Source of the DNA: Candidatus Bathyarchaeia archaeon
GTDB taxonomy: Archaea > Thermoproteota > Bathyarchaeia > Bathyarchaeales > Bathycorpusculaceae
Length of the DNA stretch: 64,000 nucleotides
Direction of reading: 5' to 3'
NCBI GenBank assembly: GCA_049970895.1
Contig: JBMFMB010000001.1
Location: 32,001 to 96,000 of the forward strand
Part shown: piece by piece, positions 8,946 through 18,254 of the stretch
How positions within the stretch are numbered: the first letter of the stretch is position 1
How the letters are laid out: each line of letters opens with the position of its first letter
Notes under the pieces: model-generated
Seen by the model: only the letters and a program-made list of their open reading frames with translations
Told to the model about the DNA's origin: nothing
Databases searched by the model: none
Made by a program: the position numbers and the translations under genes

Positions 8946-10310
8946 GCTGCCCACCTTCCTTAGCCTATAACGCTCATAAATAAGTTCGACACGGTCGCCA
9001 TCAACAATGAATTCCACTGGAAGCTTTCCGCCGGCTTGTACGGCGTAAAACTTTTTAACGTTGCCCTCGATATCTTCTGGGATTAATGGTATTATCATGT
9101 CCATATATTTGTCGCAGATTTCTATTTGAAGAAGCCCGCCCTTAGGCACGACTCTAGCGTCCATAGTCCCCTTATAAGTCTCGTATAATCCGCTTAGCAG
9201 TTCGTAGGCTTTCTCATATTTGATGAAGGGAAGCTCCTCTGGGTTCTTGTCTAGTAATAGGGCAAGCGCATACATACCCATCTGAGACAGCGGATAGCCG
9301 CTTCCATTCGCCAGCAAGGCCACTCCAACATGTTTTTCTGGTATATAGCCCATGTACGCCGTGTAAACAAGCACAGAACCGCCGTGACCGACAAGCTTGT
9401 GGCCGAAGAAGTTGGGGATTATGCTTAATCCATAGCCGTAAGACTCTCCACCAAAAACTTGAAGGGGCACCTTAACCCGTGGCTTTTCCATTTCCTCAAT
9501 GGATTTAGGTGAGGCTAAAGTGTTTCCGTCATATTTCCCGCGGTTTAAATACATGATAAGGTAGTGTGCCAAATCAATCGCATTGCTTATTAGTCCGCCA
9601 TCCGCATAAATCCCGTAGGGAAATACTGACTTTTTGGGTTCTCCGTCTCGGGTGATAATGTATGGCGTTGCAACGTTAGCGTCCGCATCAACGTCCTCTC
9701 TGCAGAAGAAGCTTCTATCCATCCCTAATGGTTTGAGTATGTTCTCTTTAACGTACTTGTCATAGCTTAAGCCCGAAACCTTCTCGATAATGTAGCCCAA
9801 AATAACGTAGCCCTCATTTAGGTAAAACCACCTCTCACCGGGCTTTGCCAAAACCCACAGACTTGCATCTCTCATAAAGGCGAAAAGGTCTTCAGCGCTT
9901 GCAATGGGCACCCATTTACCGCCAGCACCAGTCACATATCGGATTAGACCTTCAGCATAGGCTAGTGCCGGTATGCCAGAAGCATGACAAAGCAGATGCC
10001 ATATCCTAACGGGCTCTCCGCCCTTAGGCTCCAACTTGAGTTGGGGAATATGCTTCCTAACAGGGTCGTCGAGGCTTAATTTTCCCTTCTCCATAAGTTG
10101 CATTATGGACAAAGCCGTGAAAGACTTTGTAACCGAGCCAATGCCATACAAGGTTTCTGGTGTAGCCCTCAAACCGTACTCCAAGTCCCTAAAGCAGAAG
10201 CCCCTACTGTAGGTTAGCTTGCCCTTCTCAACTATCGCGAGGCTTAATCCTGGAAGGTGGGTTTTCGACATCTTTTCGAAAATGAAACTTTCCAATAGTT
10301 CATAATCCAT
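8934..10310 (-). CDS. Serine hydrolase, beta-lactamase/PBP-like; Pab87 (CubicO) D-aminopeptidase type
   Basis: SxxK (GSVTK), YxN (YLN), HGG triad; C-terminal extension ending ELIYERYRL resembling the Pab87 octamerisation domain. Confidence 0.88.
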   Translation of the reverse strand: MDYELLESFIFEKMSKTHLPGLSLAIVEKGKLTYSRGFCFRDLEYGLRATPETLYGIGSVTKSFTALSIMQLMEKGKLSLDDPVRKHIPQLKLEPKGGEPVRIWHLLCHASGIPALAYAEGLIRYVTGAGGKWVPIASAEDLFAFMRDASLWVLAKPGERWFYLNEGYVILGYIIEKVSGLSYDKYVKENILKPLGMDRSFFCREDVDADANVATPYIITRDGEPKKSVFPYGIYADGGLISNAIDLAHYLIMYLNRGKYDGNTLASPKSIEEMEKPRVKVPLQVFGGESYGYGLSIIPNFFGHKLVGHGGSVLVYTAYMGYIPEKHVGVALLANGSGYPLSQMGMYALALLLDKNPEELPFIKYEKAYELLSGLYETYKGTMDARVVPKGGLLQIEICDKYMDMIIPLIPEDIEGNVKKFYAVQAGGKLPVEFIVDGDRVELIYERYRLRKVGSLPQ

Positions 10311-10406
10311 TTTAATGCGCCTCTCTCGCCATTCTAGTATGCCAATGTCGCCTTGATAAGCTTAAACATTTAAAAGCATAAGCAAGCCATCACAAAATAT
10401 TGAGGG

Positions 10407-10976
10407 TTGGCGGTGTCGGAGAAAATCGAGTATCATGTTGGAAAGGCGAAAATACGCCTAGTTCAAGGAGACATAACTGAAATGGAAACAGACGCCATAG
10501 TGAACGCTGCAAACCCATCCCTAATGGGAGGCGGCGGGGTGGACGGAGCCATCCACAGAAAGGGCGGACCCAAAATCCTTGAGGAATGCAAGCGCATAAG
10601 GGCGACTGAATGGCCTAACGGCCTCCCAACAGGGAAAGCTGTAATAACCACTGGCGGAAACTTGAAGGCTAAGTATGTTATCCACACGGTTGGACCGATT
10701 TGGCGAGGAGGAAAGAGCGGAGAATCGGAGCTTTTGGCGGAGGCTTACCGCAACTCTTTGGCGCTTGCAGTTTCAAAGGGTTTGAAAACTATAGCCTTCC
10801 CTTCGATAAGTACTGGTGCCTACGGATACCCCATTGAAGAGGCTTGTAAAGTTGCCCTAAAAACGGTTAAGGAGTTCTTGGAGAAGGAGGACAAGCTGGA
10901 AGAGGTTGTGCTTGTCCTGTATAGTAGGCATGATTTTGAGGTTTACAAAGAGGCGGCGAAACAAATTCTGCAATAG
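10407..10976 (+). CDS. Macro domain protein (O-acetyl-ADP-ribose deacetylase / ADP-ribosylhydrolase)
   Basis: GDIT, AIVNAAN, GGGGVDGAIH, IHTVGP, FPSISTGAYGYP. Confidence 0.93.
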   Translation: MAVSEKIEYHVGKAKIRLVQGDITEMETDAIVNAANPSLMGGGGVDGAIHRKGGPKILEECKRIRATEWPNGLPTGKAVITTGGNLKAKYVIHTVGPIWRGGKSGESELLAEAYRNSLALAVSKGLKTIAFPSISTGAYGYPIEEACKVALKTVKEFLEKEDKLEEVVLVLYSRHDFEVYKEAAKQILQ

Positions 10977-10992
10977 TCCGCCGTTACAGCTG

Positions 10993-11160
10993 TTAATACC
11001 TAATGTAAACTTTGCCGCCTAGCTCGTCAACACTAGCGTTAAGCCTTTCCAAAACATGCCTCATCTTACCATTGACTGTTTACTGCCGCCCTTTTGGTCC
11101 GCTTGGAACCCTAACCCCTATGCAGTAGTATTGTTCTCCCAAACTTTTCGGGCCTTGCAT
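10993..11160 (-). pseudogene. Possible small gene interrupted by an in-frame TAA
   Basis: MQGPKSLGEQYYCIGVRVPSGPKGRQ*TVNGKMRHVLERLNASVDELGGKVYIRY*; TAA at 11080-11082; GGAG upstream of the ATG; family not recognised. Confidence 0.25.
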
Positions 11161-11269
11161 TTCTCTCCTAATAGAACAGTGGTGCATGGGAGACTTAAGT
11201 TGTGAATTTTCAGTATAGAATTTTCATATTTTTAAAGTTGGATTCTGAATAAACAATGGCGGCGACGCT

Positions 11270-11866
11270 TTAGCCGAAGTCGAGAACAAAGCTTGGCACA
11301 AGGCTCATATACACTGGTTTTTGTATGCCGCCAGTATCTACTAAAAGCGGGTCTATGTAGGCTACCAGAGTTTTTCCGCTGACATCTTCCGGGATTCTCC
11401 AGAACCTTTCCAAGTCTTTTTCAGCAAGCCTCTTCCTTCCAGCCAAATCCGATTTTAGTGCAAGCTCAATGGATTTCGTGTAGAAATCGGTTATGGCATA
11501 GTCCACAAGGCGTAGGTTAAATTTTAGGTCCTTGTCTCCGAGCTTTTCCTTTGTTTTGAGGGTGGCGATTATGGCTTTTTCGAAATCCTTTAGGCTGTTT
11601 TCCTTCAAAATTATTAATGGACAGACGAAGCTGGAGGCTTGAAAAAGCGAGTCTAAAACTGGGTTTTCCACTATTTTTGGCAATGTTAAGAGTTTCTTCC
11701 ACTTTAATTCGAGTTTTATGGTTTCAGAAACAGCGAGCTCTCTATACCTAAATTTTCTTTTAAGCCATTCAAGCTCTTTTTCTGGGGAAACCCCTCTTGA
11801 AAGGTAGATTATTCCCCTAAGGTTTTTCACCAAATGTAGGCGTTGATGTTCTGGGATTTCGTCCAC
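11270..11866 (-). CDS. Hypothetical protein, probably co-transcribed with the TtuA-like gene
   Basis: 198-aa ORF with AGGAG SD; 25 bp downstream of the TtuA-like gene on the same strand; no recognised motif. Confidence 0.7.
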   Translation of the reverse strand: MDEIPEHQRLHLVKNLRGIIYLSRGVSPEKELEWLKRKFRYRELAVSETIKLELKWKKLLTLPKIVENPVLDSLFQASSFVCPLIILKENSLKDFEKAIIATLKTKEKLGDKDLKFNLRLVDYAITDFYTKSIELALKSDLAGRKRLAEKDLERFWRIPEDVSGKTLVAYIDPLLVDTGGIQKPVYMSLVPSFVLDFG

Positions 11867-11891
11867 AAATTTCCATTCTCCTTTTAGAAGC

Positions 11892-12821
11892 TTAAGCTTT
11901 GCCTATGGCTTCCTTAACCATGGATAGGCGTCTGCAGAAGGCGCAAACCTCGCTTGATGATGGAAAGCCGCAAACTTTGCACTTGCCAAGTACGGGCTTT
12001 TTGGCAATATTTTCAACCAGTGGCATGATTTCCAAAAAGCGGTTCAGTAGCTGATGCCTAAAGTAGGGATTATCCCTTGACAAAAGCTCTAGGATTTTTG
12101 TTCTTTTCCGCACTCCAGTTCCAGTTGCGAAGGGACAGTCGATTTCGCGGAAGGGTATATCACCATAAAGGCAGTAAAGCAAGTTCTCGTTTTCAGGACA
12201 TTTTATCAGAGGTTTAACTTTTGAGGCCATACCTTCCGCCAGTGGTGGCAGAACTGGCTTAAGCCTAACAAACTGTTCCCAGCGTCCATAAAGGAAATTG
12301 TTAAACATAACTCCAGCAACATCCTCCATATTATGCCCTGTTGCCAAAACCCGAACTTTGGTTTTGATGGCTAGTTCCTCGAAAATGCGACGCTTGATCG
12401 TTCCACAAGCAGAGCAAAGCTTCCCCTTGAAAGGTGTTTTCTTAAAATCGCCTATCCCAATGCCCAATTCTTCTGGAAGACTGAAGACGTGAAGTTCAAC
12501 ACTCAGCATGTTAGCAAGCCTTTCAACCTTTTCCTGACAGTGGTCCGAATATTCTGGTATGCCCAAGTTTATGTGTAAAGCCTTAAGCCCAAGCCTTGGA
12601 AAAGCCCCTCTTAATACATGCAGAAGCGCAGCACTGTCCTTACCACCCGAAACTGCAACACCGACAGTGTCGCCTTCCCTAAACATTCTAAATTCTTCAA
12701 TAGTTTTTCGTACCCTAGCCCTATAAAAGTTCATAAAACAGCTTGGACAGAGGTTCATCCTAGCGTATGGAATTTGTACCTCAGCATTCTCTGAGCGACA
12801 CTTGCTACAAATCACTGGCAT
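11892..12821 (-). CDS. TtuA/Ncs6-family tRNA 2-thiolation protein (PP-loop ATPase)
   Basis: N- and C-terminal CxxC Zn fingers, SGGKDS PP-loop, CxxC (CSAC), ATGHN.ED, CP motif. Confidence 0.88.
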   Translation of the reverse strand: MPVICSKCRSENAEVQIPYARMNLCPSCFMNFYRARVRKTIEEFRMFREGDTVGVAVSGGKDSAALLHVLRGAFPRLGLKALHINLGIPEYSDHCQEKVERLANMLSVELHVFSLPEELGIGIGDFKKTPFKGKLCSACGTIKRRIFEELAIKTKVRVLATGHNMEDVAGVMFNNFLYGRWEQFVRLKPVLPPLAEGMASKVKPLIKCPENENLLYCLYGDIPFREIDCPFATGTGVRKRTKILELLSRDNPYFRHQLLNRFLEIMPLVENIAKKPVLGKCKVCGFPSSSEVCAFCRRLSMVKEAIGKA

Positions 12822-12947
12822 GGATGATCACTTATTACTTTGAGAGGAATGTACCTTTTCCATGCTAGACTGATAAAATAAAAATGGGTTAAATTTTCCT
12901 TAAAGATTTTAGGAAATTTAATTTAGAAAAAGGTTTGGGTGATTTTA

Positions 12948-14600
12948 TTAGAATTCTTCGCTTTCGCCTTCGCTTGGAGGCTTTTCTTTCTCCTTCTCCT
13001 CTTTTGGTTTTGATGCGGCTATGACGTCGTCTATGCGCAATATCATTGATGCTGATTCCGTGGCTGATTTTACCGCTTGCTCTTTGACTATGGCTGGTTC
13101 CACTACACCGTTGCCGTACATGTCATCAACCTTTCCTGTGAAAACATTTACGCCCATGTGGTGGCCGTCGGTTTTCTCGTGGGCAGCCCTAAGCTCGACT
13201 ATTATGTCTATTGGTTCTAGCCCGGCGTTTTCAGCCAGTGTTCGCGGTATCACCTCTATCGCATCTGCAAAGGCTTCTATGGCTAGTTGTTCGCGTCCGC
13301 CAACCTTTGCCGCATAGTCCCTAAGCTCTTTGGCTATTTCAACTTCTACTGCGCCGCCTCCAGCAACGATTTTGTTGTGTTCTATTACGTCTGAAACTAC
13401 TGATAGGGCGTCTGTCATGGCTCTTTCGGCTTCGTCCACCATCCTTTCAAGTCCAGCCCTTATGAGAATGCCGACAGAACGCGGATTCTTACAGTCCTCA
13501 ACGAATATCATTTTGTCTTCGCCAATTTTACGTTCTTCGACAATGCCCGCTGTGCCCAAGTCTTGGGGTGTTAAGTCATCCAGGTCTGTGACTATTCTTC
13601 CGCCAGTCGCCCTCGCTAATTTTTCCATGTCTGACTGTTTAACTCTTCTTGCGGCTAGTATGCCCTCCTTTGCTAGGAAGTGTTGTGCCATGTCGTCTAT
13701 GCCTTTTTGGCAGAAGACAACGTTGGCGCCAACAGACTTGATCTTCTCCACCATTTCCTTCAGCATTTGGGTTTCCTGGTCTAGGAAGGCCTTCATCTGG
13801 GATGGGTCGCGGATGCGTATTTCTGCGCTGAACTCTGTCTTCTCAATTTCTAGTGGGCAGTCTAGAAGGGCGATTTTGGCGTTTTCAATTTTTTTGGGCA
13901 TTCCGGGGTGGACAACTTCCTTGTCTATTATCACGCCTCTTACAAGCTGGGATTCAAAAAGCCCCTTTCCAGTCTTCTTTATTATTTGGATGTTGTCTAT
14001 GTCTGCAACCAGCCTATCGCCCCTCTTTTCAACGATCTGTTTTACGGCGTCTATGGCTATTTCTGCCAAGTGCTCTTTGGCTGGGCCTACGGCCTTGCTT
14101 GCCATGGATGTTAAAGCCACCTTTCTGAGGGTTTCACGGTCCTCGATGTCTACTGGTTTGGCTATGCGGTTTATCACCTCAACAGCCTTTTGGGCAGCCT
14201 TTCGGTAGCCGCTAACAATTATTGTTGGGTGGATGTTCTGGTCTAGGAGCTCCTCAGCCCTTTTTAGGAGTTCTCCAGCTAAGACGACGGCCGTTGTTGT
14301 TCCGTCGCCCACCATGTCATCTTGGGTTTTTGCCACTTCAACCATCATTTTGGCAGCTGGATGCTCCACCTCAATCTCGTCCAAGATTGCGGCTCCATCA
14401 TTGGTTATTGTTATGTCGCCTAGACTGTCGATGAGCATCTTATCCATTCCACGGGGTCCAAGCGTTGTCTTTAGGACTTCGCCTATGATGCGGGCTGCCA
14501 TAATATTATTTCTTTGGGCTTCCCTTCCACGGCTTCGGGCTGTGCCCTCTTTTAGGATTAAGACGGGTTGACCTGAAGCTGTTGTTGTTAAGTAAGCCAT
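12948..14600 (-). CDS. Thermosome (group II chaperonin) subunit
   Basis: [44 protein letters not shown]; likely start MAYLTT at 14600 (GGAGG SD). Confidence 0.97.
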   Translation of the reverse strand: MAYLTTTASGQPVLILKEGTARSRGREAQRNNIMAARIIGEVLKTTLGPRGMDKMLIDSLGDITITNDGAAILDEIEVEHPAAKMMVEVAKTQDDMVGDGTTTAVVLAGELLKRAEELLDQNIHPTIIVSGYRKAAQKAVEVINRIAKPVDIEDRETLRKVALTSMASKAVGPAKEHLAEIAIDAVKQIVEKRGDRLVADIDNIQIIKKTGKGLFESQLVRGVIIDKEVVHPGMPKKIENAKIALLDCPLEIEKTEFSAEIRIRDPSQMKAFLDQETQMLKEMVEKIKSVGANVVFCQKGIDDMAQHFLAKEGILAARRVKQSDMEKLARATGGRIVTDLDDLTPQDLGTAGIVEERKIGEDKMIFVEDCKNPRSVGILIRAGLERMVDEAERAMTDALSVVSDVIEHNKIVAGGGAVEVEIAKELRDYAAKVGGREQLAIEAFADAIEVIPRTLAENAGLEPIDIIVELRAAHEKTDGHHMGVNVFTGKVDDMYGNGVVEPAIVKEQAVKSATESASMILRIDDVIAASKPKEEKEKEKPPSEGESEEF

Positions 14601-14710
14601 ACACTTTTCCTCCAATCAATGTTAAAATGGTTTCGTGGTTAACAAGAAATGCGGTAAAATATAAACTTTTCCAGAAGTAAATGCTGGTTAACTCAACAAA
14701 TGTTTCTGGC

Positions 14711-15272
14711 TTAAGCCACGTACTCAAGGAAGATTTTTGTGCCTATGGCTATTAGGATTATTCCGCCCAAAATCTCGATTTTGTTTGATAAGGTTTTTCC
14801 AAGTTTGTCGCCTATTGTTGCGCCTAAGAGGGATAATGTGAAGGTTATTGTGCCGATGATGGCTATCGGCGTTGTTATGGAGACTTTTAGGAGGGCGAAG
14901 CTTAAGCCCAGTGCTAGGGCGTCTATGCTTGTGGCAACAGACAATAACAGAAGAGTGGAAAGGTCAAGCCTTTTGGCTTTTGGCTGGTGTTCCATGCTTT
15001 TTGCTTCATATAACATTTTGCATCCTATTAGGGCGAGGAGCCCAAAGGCAAGCCAGTGGTCAAAACCAGCTATAAGCTCAAGGATTTCAAAGCCCATGAG
15101 CCATCCCAGAACTGGCATGAAGGCTTAGAAGGCTCCAAAGGAGAAGCCATTTTGAGGGCGTTGTTTTTGCTTTCGCTTTGGTGGTTATTCCGTAGGCTAT
15201 GGAGACGCTGAAAGCGTCCATTGCAAGTCCGAAGGCTATGGCGAGGATTGTTGCGGCATCCAATGGTGACAC
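14711..15272 (-). pseudogene. mntP: Manganese efflux pump MntP, inactivated
   Basis: The LAMDAFSVS and ATSIDALA repeats of MntP are split across frames. Two apparent frameshifts near 15140-15180, and a nonsense TAA (15125-15127) in the conserved FGAF[Q]AFMP motif. Confidence 0.85.
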
Positions 15273-15350
15273 TTTTGCCTATAGAGTGGCTTCTGCTTTG
15301 GGAAAAGCTTTTCCATTTGTTTGCTCATTCAATTTTGATGGTGAAAGCCT

Positions 15351-15644
15351 TTGAAGGTTTCAGTGCGCTTCTTCACCACATTGCGGGAAATCACCGGCAA
15401 ACGCGAGGAAACATTGGAGTTTCCGGACGGCGAAAATGTTACTGTGGAGAAGGTTCTTGGAAGGTTGGCTGAGCGTTATGGGAAGGGCTTTGTAGAATAT
15501 GTTTATGACAGCAGAACTGGCGACGTGAAAGGTTTTCTCCAATTTCTAATAAATGGGAGAAGCGCCTCAACCCTTAAGGGGCTTAGGACGGAATTGGCTG
15601 ACGGTGACGTTTTGGCTATTATACCACCAGTGGGCGGCGGCTAA
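15351..15644 (+). CDS. MoaD/ThiS/SAMP ubiquitin-like sulfur carrier
   Basis: VRFFTTLREITG...LINGR...DGDVLAIIPPVGGG with C-terminal diglycine. Confidence 0.92.
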   Translation: MKVSVRFFTTLREITGKREETLEFPDGENVTVEKVLGRLAERYGKGFVEYVYDSRTGDVKGFLQFLINGRSASTLKGLRTELADGDVLAIIPPVGGG

Positions 15645-15695
15645 AAAGGGCAATTTTGGTCAATTTTAGGCTGTGTGGTTTTGCTAAATTGACTA

Positions 15696-15813
15696 GCCCC
15701 TCCCTCTAGTCATTTTTGTGGTTGTCGGGTTGCCACAAATACACCCACCCCTCTATAGTTTTTGGCTTGTGGAAAAGCCAATAGCAGACCCTCCCCTCTA
15801 GATTTTTAGGCTG
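15696..15813. repeat. Three degenerate direct repeats, about 46-bp period
   Basis: CCCCTCCCTCTAGTCATTTTTGTGG / CCCACCCCTCTATAGTTTTTGGCT / CCCTCCCCTCTAGATTTTTAGGCT; CTCTA cores start at 15704, 15751 and 15796. Confidence 0.6.
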
Positions 15814-15842
15814 GTTGCACAATAGTATCTTTTGAGCCATTC

Positions 15843-16958
15843 ATGGGTAAATGCCAAATCTGCGGTGAAAATTCGCCCCTAATTTCTGGAAATTTGGGCG
15901 TTTGCCTAAAATGCATTAGGGAAAAGCCCGAAAAAGCCTTAGAAATAACTAGGGAAGTGCATGCGAAAAGCCGGGCTGTTTATGGTCTGCCAGCGGAACC
16001 GCCCAGAGATAGGGGCGGCTTGACTTGTGGTATTTGTGCCAACAACTGTATTATAGGCGCTGGCGGAAGTGGCTTTTGCGGGCTTGTTTGGAATGTTGGC
16101 AACCGCCTTGTACGTTTCGGCGGCACAGCCGAACAAGGCGTTTTAGAGTGGTATTATGATGGACTGCCAACCAACTGTGTTAGCTGGTGGTTTTGTCCCG
16201 GCTGCACTGGAAGTGGCTATCCGAAATATGCTTACAAGCCAGAACCAGAATATGGCTACTATAACCTAGCTGTTTTTTACGGCGCTTGCAGTTATGACTG
16301 CCTCTTCTGCCAGAACTGGCATTACCGCAACCTTTCAGCCAAACACAAGCCAGCCATGAGTGCAGAAGCCCTAGCCCAAAAAACCTTAGACAAAAGGGTT
16401 TCATGCATATGCTATTTTGGAGGAGACCCGTCACCGCAGATGCCGCACTCGCTAGAGGCAAGCCGCATAGCCCTAGAAAAGGCCGAAATGGAAAAGCGGA
16501 TACTGCGCGTGTGTTGGGAAACCAACGGCTACATGAACCCGCGATTGGCGGAGAAAGCCGCAGAACTAGCCCTAAAAAGCGGAGGAAACATAAAATTTGA
16601 CCTAAAAGCATGGAGCGAGCCACTAGCCATAGCCCTATGCGGAGTATCCAACAAGCCAACCCTACAAAACTTCCAAATGATAGGCGAAAAATATTACGCG
16701 AAACGTCCAGAACTGCCAGTCTTAACGGCAAGCACACTGCTAGTGCCAGGATATGTGGACGCTGAAGAAGTTGAAAAAATAGCCAGTTTCATAAGCCAGA
16801 TAAGCCCAGAAATCCCCTACACGCTATTGGCGTTTTACCCATGCTATGTGATGAACGACCTGCCAACAACAAGCAGAAAACAAGCAAAAGAATGCCTAGA
16901 AGCAGCACAAAAGCACCTAAAAAACGTGAGAATAGGAAACGTACATCTGCTGTCGTAG
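15843..16958 (+). CDS. Radical SAM protein (PflA/AmmeMemoRadiSam-like) with Cys-rich N-terminus
   Basis: CxxxCxxC (CSYDCLFC), FGGDP, WETNG, KFDLK, GNVHLL end. Confidence 0.9.
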   Translation: MGKCQICGENSPLISGNLGVCLKCIREKPEKALEITREVHAKSRAVYGLPAEPPRDRGGLTCGICANNCIIGAGGSGFCGLVWNVGNRLVRFGGTAEQGVLEWYYDGLPTNCVSWWFCPGCTGSGYPKYAYKPEPEYGYYNLAVFYGACSYDCLFCQNWHYRNLSAKHKPAMSAEALAQKTLDKRVSCICYFGGDPSPQMPHSLEASRIALEKAEMEKRILRVCWETNGYMNPRLAEKAAELALKSGGNIKFDLKAWSEPLAIALCGVSNKPTLQNFQMIGEKYYAKRPELPVLTASTLLVPGYVDAEEVEKIASFISQISPEIPYTLLAFYPCYVMNDLPTTSRKQAKECLEAAQKHLKNVRIGNVHLLS

Positions 16959-17017
16959 CTAACCATAAAGTTTTCACGGTTAACCTTTTAACCTATTTCA
17001 AGCTCAAAAGAGCATTA

Positions 17018-17260
17018 GTGAACGAGTTGAGGCTTAAGCCATATTCTTATAGAAAGGTGATTAAGGCTTTAGGTAAAATCGGCTTTAAAGTTGTTAGGCA
17101 AAGAGGCAGCCACATCATCCTAAAAGGTTTTTATAAAGATAAGATGCGCACAGTTGTTGTTCCAAAACATGAAGAAATCGCAATAGGCACACTTAAAGGT
17201 ATATTATTTCAGGCTGGACTAACAACAGAAGAGTTCATTAAATTAGCCGAGAAAAATTAA
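17018..17260 (+). CDS. hicA: HicA-family mRNA interferase toxin
   Basis: VIKAL.KIGF.VVRQRGSHIIL...VVVPKHEEIAIGTLKGIL.QAGL; true start GTG 17018 or TTG 17027, not 16841. Confidence 0.9.
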   Translation: MNELRLKPYSYRKVIKALGKIGFKVVRQRGSHIILKGFYKDKMRTVVVPKHEEIAIGTLKGILFQAGLTTEEFIKLAEKN

Positions 17261-17472
17261 ACCTCTATTTCAATCAGCATTGTGGCAACTGCTTCGCCCT
17301 TTTTGGCTCTTTCCTTCTCCCACTCTTCCGCGTTTTCAAACCACAGTTCAAAAGCTTCTTGAAAATTTTTTAATGCTTCGTCAATGGTTTTGCCTTGGCT
17401 GGCAACCCCTGTAACTGGGTCGATGGCAACGTACCATTCGCCCTCTTTATGTATGGCAACACTAACCTTCAT
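17257..17472 (-). CDS. hicB: HicB-family antitoxin (short, no DNA-binding domain)
   Basis: MKVSVAIHKEGEWYVA...VASQGKTIDEALKNFQEAFELW; likely start ATG 17472. Confidence 0.88.
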   Translation of the reverse strand: MKVSVAIHKEGEWYVAIDPVTGVASQGKTIDEALKNFQEAFELWFENAEEWEKERAKKGEAVATMLIEIEV

Positions 17473-17542
17473 GGCACACGACCAAATACATGAATAGCTA
17501 TGGCATCTTATTAACATTTCACATCCATCATCAGCTCAAAAG

Positions 17543-18215
17543 TTAGGATGAAGAATAGTTGATGCAGTATATTTTGCCCTTTCCATTATCATAAAGTTTT
17601 GTGAAGTAGGTTGGGTGTAGTTCCTCGTCGAATACCGCCTCAACAGTGTTGTTTGACAGCAAGGGGCGTGGGCTCATAATCGCTATTTGTGTAAGCCAGA
17701 TAGTCTATGGCGTTGTAGCCTGCTATGTGGGCTATCCAATAGAACTTTTTCAGCTCGTCTGGAACAAAAACCAGAACATATGAAGCATCATATTGTCTCA
17801 TCAGCTGCAAGGACTCGCCTTCTGGAAGCATAAACATAGTGGCTATGGCGCGAATCTTCTCATGGGAACCCCACCTTCCGAAAATTTGGGCTTCAAAGCT
17901 AAGAAGCGGATCTCTGCTAATGCCCAGCGTACACCATATTTCCCCTGAAGGATAAGCCTCAATCACTTCCCTGTGGCTCCATTCCCGCACTGCCCTGCCA
18001 TAATCCCACCAGCACAATATAACGGAGCCTTGAGGTGTAAGCTCCTCAAGCTTTGAAAAGGCGTCGGGCATGCCCTCCTGCTTGGAAAAGTACTGGAGAA
18101 CCTCATCTTCCCTTCTGCCATAATCAATTCTAAGCGCTAGGAAAGTTAGAGAAACTGCAATAATAACGACTAGTAGAGCGATGAACCATTTGCTCCGCCA
18201 AAACTTCGCAACCAT
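17543..18215 (-). pseudogene. Membrane-anchored stand-alone STT3/AglB C-terminal domain, frameshifted near the 3' end
   Basis: One N-terminal TM helix, VILCWWDYG, YDASYVLV, DELKKFYWIAHIAG. The ORF stops at 17640, but another frame continues AVFDEELHPTYFTKLYDNGKGKIYCINY to TAA at 17543. Confidence 0.72.
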
Positions 18216-18254
18216 AGATGTCTCTTAAATGTGACGGTTTAAAACCTATGAAGT

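Noticed and set aside
11080-11082. Stop-codon recoding (Sec/Pyl) at in-frame stops here and in mntP
   Set aside because: Both are TAA, which is not recoded, and no SECIS-like structure was seen
12823-12893. Second C/D-box-like segment (ATGATCA...CTGA)
   Set aside because: Deviant C box, no terminal stem, and it overlaps the promoter of the opposite-strand gene
13330-14208. Long antisense ORFs over the thermosome genes (also 38572-39426) and many other shadow ORFs
   Set aside because: Codon-mirror frames of well-conserved genes; Ser/Thr/Phe-rich with no motifs or SD
15696-15813. Possible CRISPR mini-array
   Set aside because: Repeats degenerate, period only 45-47 bp, no leader or cas genes; kept only as an unexplained repeat
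16841-17017. N-terminal extension of HicA suggesting a fusion
   Set aside because: Overlaps the radical SAM gene out of frame; the HicA domain starts near 17018
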